A stretch of 64,000 nt of DNA, taken from the IMG/VR virus record IMGVR_UViG_3300008108_000013; one strand, 5' to 3'. Origin of the DNA: a virus (taxonomy: Duplodnaviria > Heunggongvirae > Uroviricota > Caudoviricetes). Positions within the stretch are counted from its first letter, which is position 1; each line of letters starts with the position of its first letter. A model generated the notes under the pieces. It was not told the origin of the DNA. It searched no databases and saw nothing but the letters and a program-made list of their open reading frames with translations. Both the position numbers and the translations under genes were made by a program. Positions 38,430-47,096 of this stretch are shown here, one piece after another.

Positions 38430-38967
38430 TTATTTAACAGGCACATCGGAAAATATTGATTTCTTTATTGGTAACGAGGTTGAACATACGCCTGCATTTG
38501 GTATGAGGACACTATTTGTTACAGGTGTACAGAACGACCAAGTAATAGAACATTTTCTTAACGAAGAAAATTCATACAGTGACTCATCAAAACATATCAA
38601 GCATATTTTCTTCGGTGCTAATCACAGTTTTAATCCAGGTTATGACGATTATCATGCATGGAAGTCTTGGGAAGATATGATCATTTACTTCCTCCAAAAA
38701 GATTATCTATGCAGTTTAGATATTCCATTGAGTGCTGTCGAACAGTTTAACGATGGCGGTTTGAACGAATACAGTAACTTTATTCCGCAAATTCGTGTGC
38801 CAATTCCTTATATTAAATTGTGGAATTATAATACAATGCTTAAAATTGATGACAAAGATTTTAAGGCAACTAATCCTGGTGTGTGGTCCCACAGTCTACA
38901 TACACTAATGGATCGTAGTAAGTTCACAGACTGGTCACAATATAAAAACGACGAAATTATCAAATGA
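38419..38967 (+). CDS. Hypothetical protein in the dpdA operon
   Basis: 182-aa alpha/beta ORF (EVEHTPAFG..TLFV, HIFFGANHSF). Confidence 0.7.
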   Translation: MKRDYLTGTSENIDFFIGNEVEHTPAFGMRTLFVTGVQNDQVIEHFLNEENSYSDSSKHIKHIFFGANHSFNPGYDDYHAWKSWEDMIIYFLQKDYLCSLDIPLSAVEQFNDGGLNEYSNFIPQIRVPIPYIKLWNYNTMLKIDDKDFKATNPGVWSHSLHTLMDRSKFTDWSQYKNDEIIK

Positions 38968-39359
38968 TTATTAAGCAAGACGTCCGTCCTAATAAAATGA
39001 TCTGGGTAACCTTTCAAAAGGAAGGTATTCATAAATATCCAGCCGCATTAACTGATCCCAATCTAGCTACAGGAGATGAATACGATGTATCGTTCCTTGG
39101 TCATCCTCACCGTCATATCTTTCATTTCAGGGTGTGGATCTCTGTGCAACACAATGACAGGGACATCGAGTTCATCCAATTCAAACGATGGCTCCTATCG
39201 CTGTATAATGGTCAAGGTTCCGTTTTAAGCCTTGACTACAAGAGTTGTGAGATGATGTCAGATGATTTATATAACATCATCACACTAAAGTATCCAGGTC
39301 GTGAGATCTGGATTGAGGTCTCCGAAGACGGAGAAAATGGTTCATTTATCAAATACTAA
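38964..39359 (+). CDS. QueD-like T-fold protein (LxxxHRHxF type)
   Basis: EGIH, LGHPHRHIF, DRDIEF, SCEM and VSEDGENG motifs. Confidence 0.7.
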   Translation: MIIKQDVRPNKMIWVTFQKEGIHKYPAALTDPNLATGDEYDVSFLGHPHRHIFHFRVWISVQHNDRDIEFIQFKRWLLSLYNGQGSVLSLDYKSCEMMSDDLYNIITLKYPGREIWIEVSEDGENGSFIKY

Positions 39360-39372
39360 GAAAGAGGCTATA

Positions 39373-39633
39373 ATGGCTAAGAACTATAACGATTATAAGT
39401 ATTTCGAAAATCGTCCCGATGTTGTCAAAGTTTTTGACGACTTAGATAAACTGCTCGACTTCTGTCGATTTGAACTGCTTCCGTTTAACGAAGCAGATTT
39501 ATATAACCGCAACAGTAAAGTGTGGCAACAGTATGAAAGATCTGCTAGACCACGCAAGCCGTGGAATGGCGAACGCAAGCCGTACCAAGGTAAAAATCCG
39601 AGATATAACAATGGCGAACGTTTTTCTCGTTGA
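39373..39633 (+). CDS. Hypothetical protein
   Basis: GAGG RBS before ATG 39373. Basic C-terminus. Confidence 0.65.
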   Translation: MAKNYNDYKYFENRPDVVKVFDDLDKLLDFCRFELLPFNEADLYNRNSKVWQQYERSARPRKPWNGERKPYQGKNPRYNNGERFSR

Positions 39634-40705
39634 TCTAGAAGCTGTTGAGACAAGGTACACGGGTCAATGGAAGACCCATGTGCCTGCTCTCTTACGAAAG
39701 GCAGGTCACAATGTTCAAATTATATCTGGCCCTACGGATATTCCTAGTGCAACCACTCCAGGCGCTTTTCTTAATTTCGGTGGGACTAACATATATAAGT
39801 CTGTACAAGTTGAGCAAATGGGGCGTTTATTTTGTAACGGAGCCATTCATTCCGGCGATCACTTTATCTTTACTGATGCTTGGCACCCTGGTATCATAAA
39901 CTTAAAGTACATGAGTGAATTACTAGGTATCCCTGTAGTCACACACGGTCTATGGCATGCTGGTAGTTATGATCCTCAAGATTTTTTAGGAAGACTAGTT
40001 GGTAATAAACCTTGGGTCAGACATGCTGAAAAATCGTTCTTTGCGGCATTCGATCATAATTATTTTGCCACGCAGTTCCATATCGATCTATTCCATCATA
40101 ATCTGCTTAATGACGGTCTTATTGAAAATCCTTGGGAAGCTGAGGACAAAGTAGATATGTTAGAAATTGGAAAGTATATTCGATCAGGCTGGCCTATGGA
40201 ATATATGGATGATACTCTTACTCCTTATAAGAGTATGTCTAAACGTGATTTAATTCTTTTTCCACATCGCATAGCACCTGAGAAGCAAGTTGAAATTTTT
40301 AGAGATTTAAAAGAACACTTGCCACAGTACGAGTTCGTAGTCTGTCAGGATCAACAGCTAACAAAAAATGAATATCATAACTTGTTAGGCGAAGCGAAAA
40401 TAGTGTTTAGTGCGAACCTACAAGAAACATTAGGTATCTCGTGTTACGAAGGTGCCGTTGTAGATGCTATTCCTATGGTTCCGGATAGATTAAGTTATAC
40501 AGAAATGTATTATGATACATTTAAGTATCCTAGTACTTGGACCGAAAGTTACGAAGCGTATGATGCCGCAAGACCTTTCGTAGTTGGAAAGATTATACAG
40601 TTTATGGATAACTATGAAAAATTTATTCCTACTATAAGAAAACAAGCGAGAGACTTACATGAACAATTCTTCTCAGCAGGCCAATTGCTCAATAACATCA
40701 AGTAG
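39611..40705 (+). CDS. GT-B fold glycosyltransferase (GT4-like)
   Basis: FPHRIAPEKQ and FSANLQETLGISCYEG..V.AIP motifs (E-x7-E). Start ATG 39611. Confidence 0.8.
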   Translation: MANVFLVDLEAVETRYTGQWKTHVPALLRKAGHNVQIISGPTDIPSATTPGAFLNFGGTNIYKSVQVEQMGRLFCNGAIHSGDHFIFTDAWHPGIINLKYMSELLGIPVVTHGLWHAGSYDPQDFLGRLVGNKPWVRHAEKSFFAAFDHNYFATQFHIDLFHHNLLNDGLIENPWEAEDKVDMLEIGKYIRSGWPMEYMDDTLTPYKSMSKRDLILFPHRIAPEKQVEIFRDLKEHLPQYEFVVCQDQQLTKNEYHNLLGEAKIVFSANLQETLGISCYEGAVVDAIPMVPDRLSYTEMYYDTFKYPSTWTESYEAYDAARPFVVGKIIQFMDNYEKFIPTIRKQARDLHEQFFSAGQLLNNIK

Positions 40706-41075
40706 TATAGACACAATAGATCTGTCTTGTCTAGATACTATTACAATAACTGACACCGGGTCTAGTTATACCGGTGATACTATCGTATTAGACCTAAGCG
40801 CCAGTGGGGCCAATAATACTTTTATTGGCTATAGTGCAACTACTGTAACTTCAGGTATATCTAATGTAGCGATTGGTCAATTGACTTCGTCGGATATTAG
40901 TTTTACATGGAAAAGTCCGGAAGAGTTTATAGATGCGTTTCCAGATTGGGAGCGGGTTGAAAAAATGTGTCAAGAATATCCCGGATTGAAAATTGCTTTG
41001 GAAAAATTTAAAACTACCTATAATCTCGTAAAGGACGATTATGATACTCCAAAAGATAAAAGAATTAAGCCTTAA
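40659..41075 (+). CDS. Hypothetical protein
   Basis: S/T-rich N-half. C-terminal FP....V..MC.EYP.LK.A..KF. Confidence 0.55.
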   Translation: MNNSSQQANCSITSSSIDTIDLSCLDTITITDTGSSYTGDTIVLDLSASGANNTFIGYSATTVTSGISNVAIGQLTSSDISFTWKSPEEFIDAFPDWERVEKMCQEYPGLKIALEKFKTTYNLVKDDYDTPKDKRIKP

Positions 41076-41544
41076 TCTTCTTGCACAATTAGATCGCAAA
41101 CGTATTGTAATGGATCGTGCTAGCGAAGAGCCGTATCTTGAAAGATATTATCTTTTCCTTAAAGACCGAAAACATTTTCCATTTAATGTGTTTCTACACA
41201 AGTTCTTAAAGAGCGATCCGGATGAAGTACACGATCATCCATGGAACTATTTTACTATTATATTAAAAGGTGGCTACTATGAATGGGTACCACAGTTTAG
41301 AGAAGACGGTACTCTCAGTTGCGAAGTAAGGAAGTGGAGGGGACCTGGTCACTTTCGTTTCTGTCGTGCAGAGAGTTATCACCGTATAGAATTAAAACCA
41401 GGTGTGACCTGTTGGACATTGTTCATGCCTGGAAGACAACGTCGAGAATGGGGTTTTCTCATGAACGACGAATGGGTGGAACATGGCAACTACTTACAGT
41501 ACAAATATACCGAATATCAATCTACCAAGCACGTACACAATTAA
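41041..41544 (+). CDS. Cupin-like protein
   Basis: HKF..SD.D..HDHPW...ILKGGY.E and HRIEL..WTLF motifs. Confidence 0.7.
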   Translation: MILQKIKELSLNLLAQLDRKRIVMDRASEEPYLERYYLFLKDRKHFPFNVFLHKFLKSDPDEVHDHPWNYFTIILKGGYYEWVPQFREDGTLSCEVRKWRGPGHFRFCRAESYHRIELKPGVTCWTLFMPGRQRREWGFLMNDEWVEHGNYLQYKYTEYQSTKHVHN

Positions 41545-41872
41545 TAACGGAGTTACTGGTTACACAACTGCGTGGACTCAACCAAATTCTCATTTTACCA
41601 GTTCAAACGGTAATCCTGTTATGACTATCCCCCACGGTGGTGATAAAGTCATTATAGAAGAGAAAGCGGCATTAGAAGTTAAAGGTAAACTAAAAATAAA
41701 TGGTGTCGATTTGGAAGAACGGCTAAACACAATCGAAACGGTCTTGCAAATTCCTACAAGAGATGTTATAATGGAGGCTAAGCATCCAAAACTAGCAGAA
41801 TTATACAAACAGTATATGTATGAATTGGAAAAGTATAAAACATTTGAAAGGCTAAAAGGAGAAGACAAATGA
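41483..41872 (+). CDS. Hypothetical protein
   Basis: 129-aa ORF. Confidence 0.6.
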   Translation: MATTYSTNIPNINLPSTYTINNGVTGYTTAWTQPNSHFTSSNGNPVMTIPHGGDKVIIEEKAALEVKGKLKINGVDLEERLNTIETVLQIPTRDVIMEAKHPKLAELYKQYMYELEKYKTFERLKGEDK

Positions 41873-42105
41873 GAGAACTACACCCAGACGTTGCTCACAC
41901 AGCAAAAGAAATGATTATTAAAGAAAGCGAAGGCTTTAGACTTCGCATGGAAAAGTGGGAAAGTATCAATCCTAAGGGATTGTTTACTGTTGATCTTATT
42001 CAAGAAAGTCTAGACGAAGATGGCAATGTGCAATATACTAGCACATATAATTTCAACATGACTAAAGAAGAACTTCAGGCTCTTGCTTACGGATTAACTG
42101 CATGA
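41869..42105 (+). CDS. Hypothetical protein
   Basis: 78-aa ORF with GGAG RBS. Confidence 0.6.
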   Translation: MRELHPDVAHTAKEMIIKESEGFRLRMEKWESINPKGLFTVDLIQESLDEDGNVQYTSTYNFNMTKEELQALAYGLTA

Positions 42106-42650
42106 AAAAAATATATTATAGCTGGAGTCAAGTCGAAGGAGCATGTTTAGACATTACTCGCCAAATGTCGGCACACGATTGGAAGCCCGACTATATTGTA
42201 GGTATTACCCGAGGTGGACTTATTCCAGCTAACTTACTCAGTCAGTATACTGGTATTCCAATGCACACACTTAATGTTAGTCTACGTGACGGTAGTGGTG
42301 GCGAAAGTAATCTGTGGATGGCTGAAGATGCTATAGGAGTTGTCCCTAGTGATCAAAGACATGTATGGGGAGATCATAAACACCTTGAACGTCTTAAAAA
42401 GAAAATCCTTATCGTAGATGACATCAATGATAGCGGTGCAACTATCAACTGGATTAAGCAAGATTGGCCTAGTGGATGTTTTCCCGATAGCAATGAATGG
42501 AATCAAATATGGGGCGATAATGTACGGTTCGCTACACTAACACACAATTTTGGAAGTAAATTTAAAGATCCAGATTATTTTGTCTGGACTGTTGACAAGC
42601 GAGAACATGACTGTTGGCTTGTATATCCTTGGGAGGAATTTTGGTTATGA
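42102..42650 (+). CDS. Type I phosphoribosyltransferase (Gpt-like)
   Basis: IVGITRGGLIPA and ILIVDDINDSGAT PRPP loop. Terminal YPWE. Confidence 0.88.
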   Translation: MKKIYYSWSQVEGACLDITRQMSAHDWKPDYIVGITRGGLIPANLLSQYTGIPMHTLNVSLRDGSGGESNLWMAEDAIGVVPSDQRHVWGDHKHLERLKKKILIVDDINDSGATINWIKQDWPSGCFPDSNEWNQIWGDNVRFATLTHNFGSKFKDPDYFVWTVDKREHDCWLVYPWEEFWL

Positions 42651-42844
42651 TTAAAAGCATTTTAAAACTTATTCTAGGTATCTCATTACTCATTATAGTA
42701 ATTGTCATCGGACCACTGCTCGGTATTTGGTCACTTAATACATTATTTCCTGTACTAGCAATTCCATATACCTGGGAAACTTGGGCGGCATTCTTGCTAC
42801 TCTTCGGTAGTGCCACTGGTTTAAGATTCGGTGCAAAAAAATGA
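42647..42844 (+). CDS. Small two-TM membrane protein
   Basis: Hydrophobic 65-aa ORF with ATGA couplings. Confidence 0.6.
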   Translation: MIKSILKLILGISLLIIVIVIGPLLGIWSLNTLFPVLAIPYTWETWAAFLLLFGSATGLRFGAKK

Positions 42845-43020
42845 ACGACTTGTCTTTAAAAGAACTACAAGAAAAAATTGATAAAGTTACCAAAGACATC
42901 GAAGGACTAAGATCTACCGGAGATTCGAGTAGAAAACTTGAGGTACTGACAGAGTATAAAAAATATTTAGAAGATGAATTGAGGTTTCTAAAAAATGAAA
43001 AAAACGGACGACACTTATAA
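42841..43020 (+). CDS. 59-aa coiled-coil protein (below ORF-track cutoff)
   Basis: MNDLSLKELQEKIDKVTKDIEGLR... fills the gap between genes. Confidence 0.65.
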   Translation: MNDLSLKELQEKIDKVTKDIEGLRSTGDSSRKLEVLTEYKKYLEDELRFLKNEKNGRHL

Positions 43021-43396
43021 AGTATTTCCTGCAGAGCCAGGATTTATCGAAGATAGCAAGGCACCGTGGACTGAACTTGTCGAAGAAGACTATCATGTTA
43101 AAATTTTTGCAGACAAGTATCCCGTAACTCCGGGCCACCTCTTATTTGTACCTAAATATAATACAGTTTCAGTATTAATGGATTGTTTTGAAGCGGCCAT
43201 TGAAGATGGGATTAAGCGTGTAAAAAACGGAGAATGGGACGGTTTTAATGTTGGATTTAATTACGGACATGCAGCCGGACAAACTGTTAATTGGCCGCAC
43301 GTTCATCTTATTCCGAGACGCAAGGGTGATATGGAAGATCCTACAGGAGGAGTTAGACACGTTATTCCAGAAAGAGGCAACTATCGCAAATGGTAA
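42995..43396 (+). CDS. HIT family nucleotide hydrolase
   Basis: DKYPVTPGHLLFVPK and GFNVGFNYG.AAGQTV.WPHVHLIPRR motifs. Confidence 0.9.
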   Translation: MKKTDDTYKVFPAEPGFIEDSKAPWTELVEEDYHVKIFADKYPVTPGHLLFVPKYNTVSVLMDCFEAAIEDGIKRVKNGEWDGFNVGFNYGHAAGQTVNWPHVHLIPRRKGDMEDPTGGVRHVIPERGNYRKW

Positions 43397-43593
43397 AAGA
43401 ACATAAGATTCGTATTGACTGGGCTGAGCAAGACGGTCACTGGTGGAACGAAACTTGTATTAGTGTTATAGAAGTTTTTGGATTACCTGGTGATAGATTT
43501 TCTTGGCATCCTCATCATGATTATATGGAATTTAGTTTTACAAAGAAAAAGGATGCAGAGTTATGTCAAATACTTCTAAGCGAGAAATTATAA
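43390..43593 (+). CDS. Hypothetical protein
   Basis: 67-aa ORF. Confidence 0.6.
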   Translation: MVKEHKIRIDWAEQDGHWWNETCISVIEVFGLPGDRFSWHPHHDYMEFSFTKKKDAELCQILLSEKL

Positions 43594-43595
43594 AA

Positions 43596-43763
43596 ATGAT
43601 TTTATTCTTTTTATTTCTTCTATCGCTATTGGCCTTTGCTATCTTTATAGCACTGAACCAACCAAAATACAAAGTCTACGACTGTTCTCTATCTGAGATA
43701 AGTCCTGATTACCCGATTGAAGTAAAAGAAGAATGTCGCCGTATTCGAGCGAATTATATTTGA
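43596..43763 (+). CDS. Small membrane-anchored protein
   Basis: TM helix, then YDCS..EISPDYP..VKEECR. Confidence 0.55.
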   Translation: MILFFLFLLSLLAFAIFIALNQPKYKVYDCSLSEISPDYPIEVKEECRRIRANYI

Positions 43764-43788
43764 AAAAACCTAAATAAGAATGTATAGT
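43760..43788 (+). promoter_or_regulatory. Sigma70-type promoter with an embedded TAAATA upstream of folE
   Basis: TTGAAA-N17-TATAGT. CCTAAATA in the spacer. Confidence 0.6.
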
Positions 43789-43832
43789 TATACTATATGG
43801 CAATCCCCTGCCTCAACATCGGAGAAAAAGAA

Positions 43833-44669
43833 TTGACAACAAAATTTACACCAGATCCTGTTCTTAATACAGAGATCGACAAAACGTTTATAAAAGACGA
43901 ATACGAACCTTTAGGTAAGCCAGTTTATATTAAAAAAGAAACAGCCTTAGATGCCATGGCAGGCGAAGGCGGGTATCAAGAAGCATATCTAGCAGATGTT
44001 CTTCGGTTTAAAATGAAACGTGACAACAAACGTTTCTGGGCCGGAGATAATATCAGCGACTATGTAAGTGAAGAAGATAAAGCTAAACTAATTGACGAAG
44101 CAACAGAGGCATTTGAAACTGTGCTTGATCGTTTGCTAATCGACAGAGAAACTGACCCCAATAGTAAAGGCACAGCACGTCGACTGGCTAAGATGTATTT
44201 TAACGAAATAATGGCAGGTAGATATGATCCAGCACCAGATGCAACAGCGTTTCCAAATGATACGGAGGACCGCTACGAAGGTATGTTGGTTGTTCGCAGT
44301 GAGCTTCGCAGTATGTGTAGCCATCATCATCAGCCCGTTAGTGGTGTTGCCTATATTGGTATTATTGCGGCTTCCAAGCTCATTGGACTTTCTAAATACA
44401 CACGCATCGCACAGTGGTGCGCCAGACGTGGTACTCTCCAGGAGGAACTTGCTAATGATATTGCTCGCGAGATCTCCAAAGCTACCGGAGCAACAGATGT
44501 AGGTGTGTATGTACAGGCTGTACATGGTTGCTGTGAAAATCGCGGCATTATGGCGCACTCAAGTCTTACACAGACTACTGTTCTCAAAGGTGCTTTCAAA
44601 GACGATCCAGGAACTAAAAAAGAGTTCTTTGATAATATTAAATTACAACAGGACTTTGCTCCAAGATGA
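43833..44669 (+). CDS. folE: GTP cyclohydrolase I
   Basis: SMCSHHHQP, GLSKYTRI, QEEL and HGCCENRG motifs. TTG start after GGAG. Confidence 0.95.
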   Translation: MTTKFTPDPVLNTEIDKTFIKDEYEPLGKPVYIKKETALDAMAGEGGYQEAYLADVLRFKMKRDNKRFWAGDNISDYVSEEDKAKLIDEATEAFETVLDRLLIDRETDPNSKGTARRLAKMYFNEIMAGRYDPAPDATAFPNDTEDRYEGMLVVRSELRSMCSHHHQPVSGVAYIGIIAASKLIGLSKYTRIAQWCARRGTLQEELANDIAREISKATGATDVGVYVQAVHGCCENRGIMAHSSLTQTTVLKGAFKDDPGTKKEFFDNIKLQQDFAPR

Positions 44670-45331
44670 TAGTTCCAATGACTGTAAAACAAACTACGGC
44701 TCTCTTAGGAGCCAACTTTGTTTCTACATTCCAATCTGAAATGAACGCGATTATTAATCCATTAAGGAAACACATCTCGTTAGGTAGACCTTTGAGTATG
44801 GGTAAAGAACTTTGGGAATATGTCGTTGCTGACAGTATTCCTGGAGCAGTATGGAACGGTGCAGGGCATAGTTTAATCGATGTTATGATTACACCAGGTG
44901 TAGGTGGTGATGTAAAATCAGTTAGCTATAATAAAAAGAGTAAACAAACTACAGAAGCTAGCATGTATCAAAATTTTGATCAAAATGCTAAACAATATTT
45001 TGCTAATAATGACAAACAAGCAATCTGGGATCTATATGTCAACGGTTGGTTTAAAAAAGCTCATTCATTTTCAAAATATTATCTTATTGGAATTTTGAGA
45101 CAAAAAGAATCATTAGATTGCAATTTATGTTGTTTCGAAATAACTGATGCTGTACCTCAATTCTCAGACAGCCTTTTCGTACCAACAAAAAAGATGTGGT
45201 ATATAAACGGACTCGGAGATCCAGATTTTCTAAAAATTAGATACTATAATAGTAAAAGCAGATTAGAGATTCAGTTTACTAAGAAATGTTGGACAGATCC
45301 CGAATATACCCTGCCAATTTTTAAATTTTAA
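44666..45331 (+). CDS. Putative PD-(D/E)xK nuclease
   Basis: ELWE...LIDV......GDVKS pattern resembling type II restriction endonuclease active sites. Confidence 0.45.
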   Translation: MIVPMTVKQTTALLGANFVSTFQSEMNAIINPLRKHISLGRPLSMGKELWEYVVADSIPGAVWNGAGHSLIDVMITPGVGGDVKSVSYNKKSKQTTEASMYQNFDQNAKQYFANNDKQAIWDLYVNGWFKKAHSFSKYYLIGILRQKESLDCNLCCFEITDAVPQFSDSLFVPTKKMWYINGLGDPDFLKIRYYNSKSRLEIQFTKKCWTDPEYTLPIFKF

Positions 45332-45339
45332 GGAAAAAT

Positions 45340-45555
45340 ATGTCTACAGCAAATGAACTAACGCAACAACTAATCGACCGTGCTAAAAATTTGAAGGAAT
45401 TTATAGTGCGTAGAGATTTTGATAGTATTCCACCTGGAGTGGTTAAATTTGATGTACAACACACTCAAGGAGAATCTGCTCGAATTTTTGTCCATGCTCT
45501 TACACAACAAGAAGCTGAACAAATGGTAGACGAGTGGTTTGAAGAACATGAGTGA
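45340..45555 (+). CDS. Hypothetical protein
   Basis: 71-aa ORF with AAGGA RBS. Confidence 0.6.
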   Translation: MSTANELTQQLIDRAKNLKEFIVRRDFDSIPPGVVKFDVQHTQGESARIFVHALTQQEAEQMVDEWFEEHE

Positions 45556-45778
45556 TGAAAAATTAATACATACCTATAACAAGTTTATGGTACTAACAGA
45601 TAAACTATTAGGAGAAGATGTTAAGGCAATCGAAATTGCGCCTATCCTAATTAAACTTGGTTTAGAGATTTATAAAACTGTCATGTCGCCTGAAGATTAT
45701 AATAGAATGGTAGATTTTATTTCTGATCACAGAGACGAGATAAACGACTTATCAGATTTTTTACCGGAGTTACACTAA
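45548..45778 (+). CDS. Hypothetical protein
   Basis: Small helical ORF overlapping its neighbours. Confidence 0.6.
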   Translation: MSDEKLIHTYNKFMVLTDKLLGEDVKAIEIAPILIKLGLEIYKTVMSPEDYNRMVDFISDHRDEINDLSDFLPELH

Positions 45779-46242
45779 TGGAACATCAAGAGCCAGCAGA
45801 AGGTATTCTAAAACGTAATGACTTTGGTGATAGTAAGTTTTACCAAATTGTCTGCGGTTGTGGTCAAGAATATCACGACCACAACGTTGAAGTTGAAGCA
45901 AGCGATACTGGTATTAATGTAAACTTATATATTTCTGTTAAAACAAATTATTGGTCTGAACTTATTGAAAAGCGTTACGACATTGACAGTCCTTATTTGC
46001 AGGAACTAGACTGGTTTTTTAAAGATTTGATTAACGGCTTCTGGACTCGATTAAAGGTCACTTGGCAGTTGTGGACTACTGGTGCAGTAACTGCCGAATC
46101 AACTATCGCTCTGTCCGAACAACAAGCCCTTAACTATGCAGAGACGTTAAAATCAGCTATTAAGGATGTGAAAGATTTTAAAAAAAATCATAACAAAACA
46201 CACAAAGAAACACAAATATATAATGAAGGCGATTGTGTATGA
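45778..46242 (+). CDS. Hypothetical protein with a CGC..H motif
   Basis: GGAG RBS and TAATG coupling. Confidence 0.6.
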   Translation: MEHQEPAEGILKRNDFGDSKFYQIVCGCGQEYHDHNVEVEASDTGINVNLYISVKTNYWSELIEKRYDIDSPYLQELDWFFKDLINGFWTRLKVTWQLWTTGAVTAESTIALSEQQALNYAETLKSAIKDVKDFKKNHNKTHKETQIYNEGDCV

Positions 46243-47096
46243 GTAAAATTAAGATAGCAGAATTATTTTATAGTATCCAAGGTGAAGGACGGTATATGGG
46301 TGTTCCGTCTGTTTTCTTGCGTACATTTGGTTGTAACTTTAAATGTGCTGGCTTTGGTATGCCCAAAGGTGAACTAAGTTCAGAAGTTGAAGATATTGCG
46401 ATACAGCACGAAAGAGCACCTTATACAAAGTACGAAGAATTACCATTAGTTAGCACAGGCTGTGATAGCTACGCAAGTTGGGATCCACGCTTCAAAGATC
46501 TTAGTCCAATGCTTACGACAGATGCCATCGCTGAACGTATCTGTGAAATTCTTCCATTTAATGAGTGGAAAGACGAACATCTTGTTATTACAGGCGGAGA
46601 GCCATTATTAGGTTGGCAACGTGCTTATCCAGACTTGCTCGAACATCCCAAGATGAAATCTCTCCGAGAAATTACATTTGAAACAAATGGCACCCAAATG
46701 TTAACTCCAGACTTTAAAAAATATTTACTCAACTGGGGTATGGAAAATCGACATTACAATCGACTAACTTTTTCTGTGAGCGCAAAACTAAGTTGCTCGG
46801 GAGAAGCAAGACATGAGGCTATAAGACCAGATGTAGTTTGTCAGTATGAAGAAGTAGGCTACACATATCTTAAATTTGTTGTAGCGACAGAAGAAGATGC
46901 TGAAGAAGCACTAGAAACTGTAGACATTTACAGAGCTGAAGGGTTTGAAGGCCCGGTATATCTTATGCCAGTTGGCGGAGTTGAAAGTGTTTATGCTCTT
47001 AATAATCGCCGTGTAGCAGAACTAGCTATGAAGAACGGCTTACGCTACAGTGACCGACTTCAAGTTCCATTATTTAAAAATGAGTGGGGAACTTAA
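46239..47096 (+). CDS. queE: 7-carboxy-7-deazaguanine synthase (radical SAM)
   Basis: ELFYSIQGEG, FLRTFGCNFKC...CDS, VITGGEP, ETNGT and SDRLQ motifs. Confidence 0.9.
   Translation: MSKIKIAELFYSIQGEGRYMGVPSVFLRTFGCNFKCAGFGMPKGELSSEVEDIAIQHERAPYTKYEELPLVSTGCDSYASWDPRFKDLSPMLTTDAIAERICEILPFNEWKDEHLVITGGEPLLGWQRAYPDLLEHPKMKSLREITFETNGTQMLTPDFKKYLLNWGMENRHYNRLTFSVSAKLSCSGEARHEAIRPDVVCQYEEVGYTYLKFVVATEEDAEEALETVDIYRAEGFEGPVYLMPVGGVESVYALNNRRVAELAMKNGLRYSDRLQVPLFKNEWGT

Noticed and set aside
43797-43830. preQ1 riboswitch upstream of folE
   Set aside because: The short stem lacks the preQ1-I loop consensus and A-rich 3' tail
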